The translations under genes and the position numbers were made by a program. Below, one piece after another: positions 9,145 through 16,969 of a stretch of DNA of 64,000 nt (within the stretch, counting starts at the first letter, position 1; the number at the start of each line of letters is the position of its first letter). The notes beneath the pieces were generated by a model that saw only the letters and a program-made list of their open reading frames with translations, made no database searches and was not told the DNA's origin. Origin of the DNA: Gammaproteobacteria bacterium (GTDB lineage: Bacteria; Pseudomonadota; Gammaproteobacteria; GCA-001735895); the NCBI GenBank assembly GCA_050298595.1, contig JBNKUM010000008.1, positions 32,001 to 96,000 of the forward strand, written 5' to 3'.

Positions 9145-10179
9145 TTATAAACGGGATAGCTTATGCATATTGATTAACAGGGCTGTAAATATTAATAAAG
9201 CACCCGCCTGATGGCTAGCAGCCAGCCATACGGGTACATGTAACAACAGGGTACTGATGCCAAGCGTTACCTGAACCAGCACCATCAAACCAACCAGATT
9301 AAAGCTACCTGTGGTTGCGCGATCAAATCGAAAGCGCTTCGAATTTAGCCAGTAAATCAGGCAAAGTGTAGCGGTGGTTAACGCCAGTAGGCGATGATCA
9401 AACTGTACTGTCACCATGTTCTCAAAAAAATTGAGGTACACCGGGCTAAGTACGAGTAAGCCATCAGGAATCCATGAGTCTCCCATTTTAGGAAAGGTAT
9501 TGAAAATCAAACCTGCTTTAAGACCAGCGACAAAGCCACCTGAAACAATGGTCGTCACCAGTAGTAGCATCAGGTAATGCACTGCCTTGCGAAATCCCGG
9601 ATATAGCGAATGCCCCTGCGGAACCCTGAGGTTGGTATTCTTTAAACCTAATGCCGTCCATACGATAAAGCCATAAATCAAAATCGCAGAGATCAGATGA
9701 GCGGTCAGCCGATATTGACTTACATGTGGATTATCCACCAGGCCGCTTTTCACCATATACCAGCCCAATAGCCCCTGTAATCCACCTAATACGAACATCA
9801 CAAGCAATTTTGGTGTGAGCCCGAGTTTGATACGTTTTGTGAAAAAGAAAAATAAAAATGGCAGCAGGAATACCAGGCCTATGATGCGTCCTAGCATGCG
9901 ATGAGAATATTCAAAATAGAATATCTTTTTAAAACCATCCAGCGTCATACTGCGATTTATTTTCTGAAATTCGGGAGACTGCTGATAGTTGGTAAATTCT
10001 TCCTCCCAGTCCTGCTCATTGAAAGGAGGAACTACCCCATGGACAGGGTGCCAGCTGACCATCGATAAACCGGAACCGGTCAGGCGTGTTACGCCGCCCA
10101 GGATTACCATCACGAAAATCAGGGCCGCACAGAGGATTAGCCAACGGGCAATGGCTCGGTCATTATCTATATCAAACAC
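9145..10179 (-). CDS. ctaA: Heme A synthase, COX15/CtaA family
   Basis: GGVTRLTGSGLSM, EYSHRMLGR, GWYMVKSGL, VSQYRLTAHL, VQFDHR, HQAGA. Confidence 0.93.
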   Translation of the reverse strand: MFDIDNDRAIARWLILCAALIFVMVILGGVTRLTGSGLSMVSWHPVHGVVPPFNEQDWEEEFTNYQQSPEFQKINRSMTLDGFKKIFYFEYSHRMLGRIIGLVFLLPFLFFFFTKRIKLGLTPKLLVMFVLGGLQGLLGWYMVKSGLVDNPHVSQYRLTAHLISAILIYGFIVWTALGLKNTNLRVPQGHSLYPGFRKAVHYLMLLLVTTIVSGGFVAGLKAGLIFNTFPKMGDSWIPDGLLVLSPVYLNFFENMVTVQFDHRLLALTTATLCLIYWLNSKRFRFDRATTGSFNLVGLMVLVQVTLGISTLLLHVPVWLAASHQAGALLIFTALLINMHKLSRL

Positions 10180-10218
10180 AACCTGCTACAACTCAAAAAA
10201 GAAAAAGTAGATAAAAAA

Positions 10219-10232
10219 GCGACATTTGCCGC
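10219..10232 (-). promoter_or_regulatory. RegA/PrrA/RoxR-like box upstream of ctaA
   Basis: Minus strand GCGGC-AAAT-GTCGC, 40 nt upstream of the ctaA start. Confidence 0.45.
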
Positions 10233-10400
10233 CTAAAGGTCGCACTATACAGATTAACAGGCAAATGTAATCAGTTGATTAATAAAAAACGAAAGGCCAG
10301 GATGAAATTCATCTTGTGACGAGTACGCCCGTATCCCATCGATGCCCCGATGCAGCATCCCGACCTTTCGCTATTGGTGAATCTTTAGTAAATTAAATTA

Positions 10401-11144
10401 TTAGCCAGACAGCCGCATTAAACGCGCACTAGAGGCATCATTTTCATTAGCTACATTCATTAGCTTAACCTGAGTTTCATAAAAACGTGCCTGTTCCATC
10501 ATGTTGACCATGGCATCTACGGTATTCACATTACTGGCTTCCAGTGCGCCACTGGTGAGCGAGACGTTAGCATCTGCTGCGGCATCCACACCATCTTTAG
10601 TTCTGAATAAGCCATCCTCACCTCGTTCGATATTCTGCTTCGATGGATTCACCAGCATCAGGCGATCAACTGCCACCAGGGTATTAGCAGCCTGACCTGC
10701 GGCACGAATACTGATGGTGCCATCGCGCCCTATCACCAGAGTTTCAAAATCGGGCAATGTCACCGGACCTCCCTCACCCATCATGATTTGATTAGCACCA
10801 TTCAATACCAGGCCAGAGGAATCAATATGTAGATCACCACGACGTGAATAGGCGGTAGAACCATCTGGGGCCTGGACCGCAAAATAGCCGTCACTATTAA
10901 TCATCACATCCAGATCACGCCCGGTTGTCATCACCGCGCCCTGTTTATAATCAACCCCCGACCTTTCATCACTGGCATAGGCACGGCTAGCATAACCAGG
11001 ACCATACACCGGCTGGGAGTTAAAATGATCCATCTCAGCTTTGAACCCCACCGTATTGACGTTAGCCAGATTATTGGCATTAGTCTGCTGAGCGTGTAAC
11101 GCATTAGATGCGCCATTCATTGCGATGTAGAGTAAATGGTCCAT
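10401..11144 (-). CDS. flgF: Flagellar basal-body rod protein FlgF
   Basis: MDHLLYIAMNGA, ANNLANVNTVGF, TGRDLDV, LEASNVN. Confidence 0.95.
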   Translation of the reverse strand: MDHLLYIAMNGASNALHAQQTNANNLANVNTVGFKAEMDHFNSQPVYGPGYASRAYASDERSGVDYKQGAVMTTGRDLDVMINSDGYFAVQAPDGSTAYSRRGDLHIDSSGLVLNGANQIMMGEGGPVTLPDFETLVIGRDGTISIRAAGQAANTLVAVDRLMLVNPSKQNIERGEDGLFRTKDGVDAAADANVSLTSGALEASNVNTVDAMVNMMEQARFYETQVKLMNVANENDASSARLMRLSG

Positions 11145-11170
11145 AGTGCTTGGCCTGCCTTAATCAATAC

Positions 11171-12493
11171 TTAGCGAATCTGGATAATGGTTTGAGTCAG
11201 TGTATTAGCCGTCTCAATCGAACGCGCATTGGCCTGAAAGTTTCTCTGTGCAGTAATCAGGTTGACCAGTTGCTGTGTGAGATCAACGTTTGATGCCTCC
11301 AGCGCACCCGACTGAATTAAACCAAAACGTCCAGTACCCGCTTCGCCGGCAATTACGGCTCCTGAATTGGATGTTTCATCCCAGGAAGTTCCACCTACAT
11401 TAACCAGCCCTTGACTATTAGGAAAGTCAGCCAACGCAATCTTACCAATTGGTGTTGAGATGCCATTGGTATAAGTCGCACGAACAAGGCCTTCATCAGA
11501 AATATCCAGACCCGAGATTCTGCCGGTAGAGAAACCATTAGGATTCAGCGTGTTCACCGAAAAATTTGACGCATACTGGGTGGTGGAGTTATTGGCAAAA
11601 TCATGTGTTATGGTCAATGGACTCGCTCCATTGGAAAGTGCCACCGCCGTATTAGTTATAGTCGCTGGGGTTGAAGAAGCCAATGTACCATCGGGATTAA
11701 AATTGAACTGGATTGCATTTTGAGCGATGGTAGTTGCCGGTAAAACTGCTGAAGGATCTGGATGAGTTATTGCCGTTCCTCCAGTCACATCGGTAGGAGC
11801 CCCATCCAGGTAGGTAAAAGCCTGCCATTGATTGGTCGCAGCGTTATCATTAACAAAATAATAGGTCAACACATGTGACTCACCCAGAGAATCAAACACT
11901 GTAGTGGATGTAGAATTGGTATAGGTATTACTCGCAGAGGGATCAAACAGCGCAGGATCCAGAGCAGTAGCACCAGCATCCAGATTCAACCCTATCTCAA
12001 CCTCGTTAGTCGCCTCAGGGGCTCCGGTTGAAGGTGGTAAGATCAATGCGGCAGTGGTATTCAAACTGGTCGAAGTTACATTCCCGGTTGCAGTATCTAC
12101 TGGAAATGCCTGTAGGTAACGCCCGTCATTATTGACAATATAGCCATCGGCATTAACCCTGAATTCACCCGCCCTGGAATAAGATCTATCAGTACCCGCC
12201 TGATTTTGACTGACGACAAAAAATCCCTGCCCGCTAATCGCCAGATCTAAACTGGAATCGGTAAACTCAAAGTTACCCTGAGTAAACTGCTGGCTGACAT
12301 TATCGATTTGTACACCATTACCCACTGAGGTGGGAGAGTTTCCAAATGGGGATATTGCATAGATATCACCAAACTCAGTTCGAGAAAATTTAAACCCGGT
12401 AGTAGCAACATTGGCAATGTTGTTACTGGTTACGTTTAAATCAATAGCGGCGGCCTGCAGGCCACTTAACGCTGTATTGGATGAAAATGACAT
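11171..12493 (-). CDS. flgE: Flagellar hook protein FlgE
   Basis: LSGL, SNNIANVATTGFK, LDLAISGQGFF, LEASNVDL, QRNFQANA. Confidence 0.96.
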   Translation of the reverse strand: MSFSSNTALSGLQAAAIDLNVTSNNIANVATTGFKFSRTEFGDIYAISPFGNSPTSVGNGVQIDNVSQQFTQGNFEFTDSSLDLAISGQGFFVVSQNQAGTDRSYSRAGEFRVNADGYIVNNDGRYLQAFPVDTATGNVTSTSLNTTAALILPPSTGAPEATNEVEIGLNLDAGATALDPALFDPSASNTYTNSTSTTVFDSLGESHVLTYYFVNDNAATNQWQAFTYLDGAPTDVTGGTAITHPDPSAVLPATTIAQNAIQFNFNPDGTLASSTPATITNTAVALSNGASPLTITHDFANNSTTQYASNFSVNTLNPNGFSTGRISGLDISDEGLVRATYTNGISTPIGKIALADFPNSQGLVNVGGTSWDETSNSGAVIAGEAGTGRFGLIQSGALEASNVDLTQQLVNLITAQRNFQANARSIETANTLTQTIIQIR

Positions 12494-12514
12494 ATCAATT
12501 CCCCTGCGTAGTAA

Positions 12515-13192
12515 TTACATAATTTTGCGGATCTGGCTCATACTGATATCACCGAGACCTGAAACCGTTAAAGTTAAATCTGAGCCAGATTGCCCCAGTG
12601 TGACACTTTCGACCTGAACCGAGGTCAACACCTCTCCAGCTGAAACCTGATCGCCCTGCCTTAGTTCAGCTGATAGCTTATAGGTACCGGGACGGAGTCG
12701 ATCACCATCGGCATTTAAGCCATCCCAGTGAAACTCAAGAAGACCGGACTGCTGCTGCCCAAGATCAATACGATGTACCAGCTGTCCCTGGCTATCAGTC
12801 ACATAAACAATTGCCTTGCTGACTGGTTGATCTAGTTGAACAGCTGCATGTACGTCGCCTTCAGCAGCTATCTGCACCTTATCGCCAGGTACCAGCACAT
12901 TGCGTCCAACCATAGTTGATGCCTGTAAAGCCTGATTGCCCTGAAAAGCAGCACTCATACTGCTAAAAGCCGAGTTCAGATCATTGATACCACTGACGGT
13001 ACCAAATTGGGCCATCTGGGCCAGGAAGTCGCCATTTTCCATGGGGGATAAGGGGTCCTGGAAGCGCAGCTGGGCTGTCATTAGCTCAAGAAACTCCGTT
13101 TGGCCTAAATCAGTATTCGACTTGGTTTCGGTAGTCTCAGGTTTATTAATACCGAGCTGGGTATAAATATTATTGGAATCGACAGTTGACAT
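12515..13192 (-). CDS. flgD: Flagellar hook assembly protein FlgD
   Basis: FLELMTAQLRFQDPLSPM, QMAQFGTV, FHWDG. Confidence 0.95.
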   Translation of the reverse strand: MSTVDSNNIYTQLGINKPETTETKSNTDLGQTEFLELMTAQLRFQDPLSPMENGDFLAQMAQFGTVSGINDLNSAFSSMSAAFQGNQALQASTMVGRNVLVPGDKVQIAAEGDVHAAVQLDQPVSKAIVYVTDSQGQLVHRIDLGQQQSGLLEFHWDGLNADGDRLRPGTYKLSAELRQGDQVSAGEVLTSVQVESVTLGQSGSDLTLTVSGLGDISMSQIRKIM

Positions 13193-13206
13193 AATCTATG
13201 GCCTCG

Positions 13207-13617
13207 TTAATTACCCAATGACAGGGTCCTTATCATCAGTTCCTTTGAAGTATTCAACACTTCAACGTTATTTTGATATGACCTGGAGGAGGATAGCATA
13301 TTGACCATCTCTTCTACCGTATCAACGTTGCTGGTGAATACATAACCCTGTTCATTAGCCAGTGGGTTAGCTGGATCATATTTGTTTCTAACTGGAGCAT
13401 TACTTTCTACGATACCCAGCATTTTTACACCGGCTTCGCCAGGACGAGATTTATCGTATAGATAACTCTGAAAAACAGTTTCACGTGCGCGATAAGCTTC
13501 TTCGGCCGATCCGGCAACAGTTTCCGCATTCGCCATATTACTGGCCGTAGTATTCAAACGAATGGATTGTGCGCTAATGGCGCTACCGGAAATCTGAAAA
13601 TTTGCTAATAATCCCAT
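13207..13617 (-). CDS. flgC: Flagellar basal-body rod protein FlgC
   Basis: RLNTTASNMANA, YDPANPLANEQGYV, RSYQNNVEV. Confidence 0.96.
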   Translation of the reverse strand: MGLLANFQISGSAISAQSIRLNTTASNMANAETVAGSAEEAYRARETVFQSYLYDKSRPGEAGVKMLGIVESNAPVRNKYDPANPLANEQGYVFTSNVDTVEEMVNMLSSSRSYQNNVEVLNTSKELMIRTLSLGN

Positions 13618-13619
13618 GA

Positions 13620-14015
13620 CTATTGACCTCGAATTGCCAGTTGTAGACCACGGATCTTACTATTTAGCATAGTAAGACTAGCCTGATATTGCAGGGCATT
13701 CTGTGAAAAGCGGGCCTGCTCAGCATGCATATCTACGGTATTGCCATCCAGCGATGGATTCAATGGATTACGGTATTTAATATAAGCCTGTCGATCAGAT
13801 GACTGTAAAGACATATGACGTGAATCGGTGGTTTGTAACTGCATGGAGCTATCTGGGTTTTCTAACTGCTGCATCATCTGCTGAAAATCCATATCACGAG
13901 CTTTATAGTTGGGTGTATCTGCATTCGCGATATTCGCGGCCAGAATACTGGAGCGCTGTGAGCGCATCATCATTGCGTCATCGTGAATGGAGAAAGCTCT
14001 TTCTATTAGTGACAT
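13620..14015 (-). CDS. flgB: Flagellar basal-body rod protein FlgB
   Basis: ANIANADTPNYKARD, DGNTVD; ATG at 14015 preferred over upstream GTG. Confidence 0.95.
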   Translation of the reverse strand: MSLIERAFSIHDDAMMMRSQRSSILAANIANADTPNYKARDMDFQQMMQQLENPDSSMQLQTTDSRHMSLQSSDRQAYIKYRNPLNPSLDGNTVDMHAEQARFSQNALQYQASLTMLNSKIRGLQLAIRGQ

Positions 14016-14047
14016 GGTCTTCACCCGGTTTTAGTTACAGATGAACA

Positions 14048-14063
14048 TGCAGGGAAACTGCCA
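14048..14063 (-). promoter_or_regulatory. Sigma54 promoter of the flgB operon
   Basis: Minus strand TGGCAGTTTCCCTGCA (GG-N10-GC). Confidence 0.7.
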
Positions 14064-14128
14064 ATCAAATATTTAATTTAAAATTCAATAACTTATGAAA
14101 CAAGAGGATAAAGGGAAAGTGCCTTTTG

Positions 14129-14168
14129 CGGCAAGGCGGCAATGTAGAAAGGAGTGACATTGCCGCCA
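14129..14168. promoter_or_regulatory. CGGCAA motif cluster / hairpin (FlrC/FleR-like enhancer or cheV terminator)
   Basis: CGGCAA at 14129 and 14137, inverted TTGCCG at 14160; GGCGGCAATGT...ACATTGCCGCC stem. Confidence 0.45.
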
Positions 14169-14173
14169 TAGTG

Positions 14174-15112
14174 CTATTTAGAATTGATCACATCCAGTGC
14201 TTCAATTATTGCTCCGGCCAATAGATCAGGTTCAAATTTTGCGATAAATTTATTGGCGCCGACTCTATCAACCATGCTCTGGTTGAATACCCCACTCATT
14301 GATGTGTGCAGAATAATATAAAGATGCTTCAGTCGTGGATCAGAACGTACCTCAGTGGTAAAGGTATAGCCATCCATTTCCGGCATTTCTATATCCGATA
14401 CCACTACCGCCAACCGCTTAAGCTGGGGATCATCATTATCTGCCCATGACTTTAGTAGCTCCAGAGCCTGCTTGCCATCCTTGGTAGTTACGGTTTTCAT
14501 CTTGATATCGTCTTCTACGGTTTTACACACCTGTTTGCGTGCGACCAATGAATCATCTGAGACCAGTATCAAATCACGCTCCATTTCCTGTTCGGTATCA
14601 AATCCATCCAGATATCCTTCGGTAACATGCTCTTTCGCACCTATAACCTCGGACAGAACTCTTTCTACATCAATGATTTCAACCATTTTTTCATTGACAT
14701 AAGTAACCGCTGTCAAATAACTGTCACCTGCAGTTCCAGAGGGTGGCGGCAACATGTCTTTCCAGTTCAGGTTGATTATTCGATCCACTTCGCGCACCAG
14801 AAACCCCTGCACACTTCGGTTATATTCGGAGATGATGACAAATGCATTCTCGATATCCGTGAGAGGTGGCCCGCCAATAGCAAGGCTGAGATCCATAATA
14901 CAGATCGTTTGACCACGGATGTTAGAAATCCCACGAATAACTGGATGAGACTGGGGTACGATAGATAACTTAGGGCATTGCAGTACCTCTCGCACCTTGA
15001 AAACATTAATGCCATATAACTGCTGCCCGTGAAGACGGAACATCAGTAATTCCAGTCGATTTCGACCTGCCAGCTGTGTACGCTGATCAACACTTGCCAT
15101 TACACCGGACAT
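14174..15112 (-). CDS. cheV: Chemotaxis protein CheV
   Basis: CheW domain (YGINVFKVREV) plus receiver domain (SDIEMPEMDGY, LHTSMSG, AKF). Confidence 0.96.
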   Translation of the reverse strand: MSGVMASVDQRTQLAGRNRLELLMFRLHGQQLYGINVFKVREVLQCPKLSIVPQSHPVIRGISNIRGQTICIMDLSLAIGGPPLTDIENAFVIISEYNRSVQGFLVREVDRIINLNWKDMLPPPSGTAGDSYLTAVTYVNEKMVEIIDVERVLSEVIGAKEHVTEGYLDGFDTEQEMERDLILVSDDSLVARKQVCKTVEDDIKMKTVTTKDGKQALELLKSWADNDDPQLKRLAVVVSDIEMPEMDGYTFTTEVRSDPRLKHLYIILHTSMSGVFNQSMVDRVGANKFIAKFEPDLLAGAIIEALDVINSK

Positions 15113-15147
15113 TTAATTACCTCTTATAGTTATACATGCCAATTGTT

Positions 15148-15174
15148 TTGTCGACTCACGATAGAAAAACTTTA
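15148..15174 (-). promoter_or_regulatory. Sigma28 promoter of cheV
   Basis: Minus strand TAAA-N15-GTCGACAA. Confidence 0.6.
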
Positions 15175-15194
15175 AAAGCCATAATCAAATAAAG

Positions 15195-15210
15195 CGGCAT
15201 TAAACTTGCT
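15195..15210 (+). promoter_or_regulatory. Sigma54 promoter of flgA
   Basis: CGGCATTAAACTTGCT (GG-N10-GC). Confidence 0.65.
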
Positions 15211-15288
15211 TCGTTTAAATACACATTAGAAATATCGGTAAATAAAGCATGTTTAATACAGCATTTAACGATTTTCATATTCATTTGA

Positions 15289-15302
15289 GTCAGAATTATG
15301 AC
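15289..15302. promoter_or_regulatory. FleQ/FlrA-like box in the flgA leader
   Basis: GTCA-GAATTA-TGAC, 14-bp inverted motif. Confidence 0.45.
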
Positions 15303-15363
15303 ACTTTGACCGTAATTGGCCACTTACCGAGTCATAAGAACCAGATAAATCTAGTATAGTTGA

Positions 15364-16071
15364 ATGAAAAGAAATAACTTAATCGGGATTTTAGTTTCAG
15401 TGCTTTTTTTAAGCCTTGCATGGCAAAGTGCCGCTGCAGAGCGGCAAAGCCTGACCTCGATTCAATTACAGGCCGAATCATTCCTGATGAATTACCCTTA
15501 CCAAACTCCTTATCCTATACAGGTTAAATTATCCAACCTGGACCCAAGGCTTAATCTGAAAGCTTGTGCAACCAAATTGCGCATCGACTTTACTCGACAG
15601 GATAAAATAAGTGGGAACACTTCTCTGGATATTCGTTGTTCTCAGCCCACCAGCTGGAATATCCATCTCCCTGTCAGGGTTGATGTGTATGACGATGTAC
15701 TAGTTAGCCGAATTCCGCTAGTCAGAGGACAATCATTAAGTGCAACTGATGTAAAGTTTAGAAAAACCAATATCAGCACTCTGAATCGTGGATACTTTCG
15801 CCAGATAGAAGACCTGAAAAACTTGCAGGCGAAAAATAATCTGTCTGCAAACATAGTTTTAAATCCATCGAATCTGGCTCCCAGAAAGCTGATAAAATCA
15901 GGTCAGAAAGTGACTATTGTGTTGAATTTTAAAGGACTAGAGGTGAAATCAAGCGGTGAAGCCTTGAGCGCTGCCAGCGAGGGGCAGTTGATCAAAGTGA
16001 GAAACACAGGCTCTAACAAGATTATTCAAGGTGTTGTATCAGCGAATGGTCAGGTAAAAGTTAGCTTATGA
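15364..16071 (+). CDS. flgA: Flagellar P-ring formation chaperone FlgA
   Basis: Signal peptide, LDPRLNLKAC, SAF domain, GQLIKVRNTGSNKII; synteny. Confidence 0.92.
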   Translation: MKRNNLIGILVSVLFLSLAWQSAAAERQSLTSIQLQAESFLMNYPYQTPYPIQVKLSNLDPRLNLKACATKLRIDFTRQDKISGNTSLDIRCSQPTSWNIHLPVRVDVYDDVLVSRIPLVRGQSLSATDVKFRKTNISTLNRGYFRQIEDLKNLQAKNNLSANIVLNPSNLAPRKLIKSGQKVTIVLNFKGLEVKSSGEALSAASEGQLIKVRNTGSNKIIQGVVSANGQVKVSL

Positions 16072-16099
16072 GCATAATGAATAAACTTTAAAAAAACAT

Positions 16100-16126
16100 T
16101 AAACTTTATTGAAACCTTGCCGATAT
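16100..16126 (+). promoter_or_regulatory. Sigma28 promoter of flgMN
   Basis: TAAA-N15-GCCGATAT, near consensus. Confidence 0.8.
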
Positions 16127-16158
16127 AACGTTCGGGAAGAAATAAATTGGAGACTCCA

Positions 16159-16446
16159 ATGACTGATGCAATTAACACCAATAACCGACTTAAGATTTCA
16201 AACCAGCCGCTTGAGAACAAAGCCAAAAGCCCTGCTGCGGGTAGCGCTAAGAGTGCTGCAAATACATCGGCATCGGCTGTTGTCGAACTATCCTCAAACC
16301 AGGTTTTAAAACAAATGCAAAACCTTCCTGATGTAGATAGTAATAGAATTGAGTCTATTAAATCAGCAATCGCAAACGGTGAATACAAGCCAGATGCTGA
16401 AATGATTGCTAAAAAATTCTCTGAAATTGAACAGCTACTACCCTGA
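16159..16446 (+). CDS. flgM: Anti-sigma28 factor FlgM
   Basis: PDVDSNRIESIKSAIANGEYKPDAEMIA; GGAG before ATG at 16159. Confidence 0.93.
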   Translation: MTDAINTNNRLKISNQPLENKAKSPAAGSAKSAANTSASAVVELSSNQVLKQMQNLPDVDSNRIESIKSAIANGEYKPDAEMIAKKFSEIEQLLP

Positions 16447-16455
16447 GCCTGAATT

Positions 16456-16953
16456 ATGCAACCGCATCAGTCTACCCAATGCGCTCGTTTACTTCTCCCC
16501 TTGCTGCAAAAGCAGCTTGAACAGGTAAAAGATTTCACGGCTTATCTGGAAGAAATCAAGCAGGCAATTACCCATAACGATAAGGACACACTTAACCAGT
16601 TATTAAGCGGAAATGGGCTGGATGTTAACAGCATCGAACTATTACAGCTGAGACAGCAGGAAATTGTCGTTGAATATGGTTTTACACCTTCAACTGAAGG
16701 CCTTGATGAGTGTATCAATGAGTGCCAGCAAGCACAACTGAGCAAGCTTCACAGCGAACTGAAACAGCAACTGCAAAACTTGCAAAATTCTCTATTGATC
16801 AATGATTTACTGGTTAAAAAGAATCAGCAACGCGTGCGTCAGTCGATACGACTGTTATCAGGTCACCAGCAAGATAGCAGCTCAATGACTTATTCAAGTA
16901 ACGGTAATACCAGCGAAGATAACCCATCTAGCCATTCTCTGGCCCGAGCCTAG
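16456..16953 (+). CDS. flgN: Flagellar export chaperone FlgN
   Basis: Helical protein after flgM ending ...TYSSNG; synteny. Confidence 0.8.
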   Translation: MQPHQSTQCARLLLPLLQKQLEQVKDFTAYLEEIKQAITHNDKDTLNQLLSGNGLDVNSIELLQLRQQEIVVEYGFTPSTEGLDECINECQQAQLSKLHSELKQQLQNLQNSLLINDLLVKKNQQRVRQSIRLLSGHQQDSSSMTYSSNGNTSEDNPSSHSLARA

Positions 16954-16969
16954 TATTATAGATCTCCCT

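Noticed and set aside
10215-10380. Possible c-di-GMP riboswitch near flagellar genes
   Set aside because: The GEMM-type GGCAAAC...GAAA...GACGCAAAGC arrangement is absent; only simple palindromes are seen
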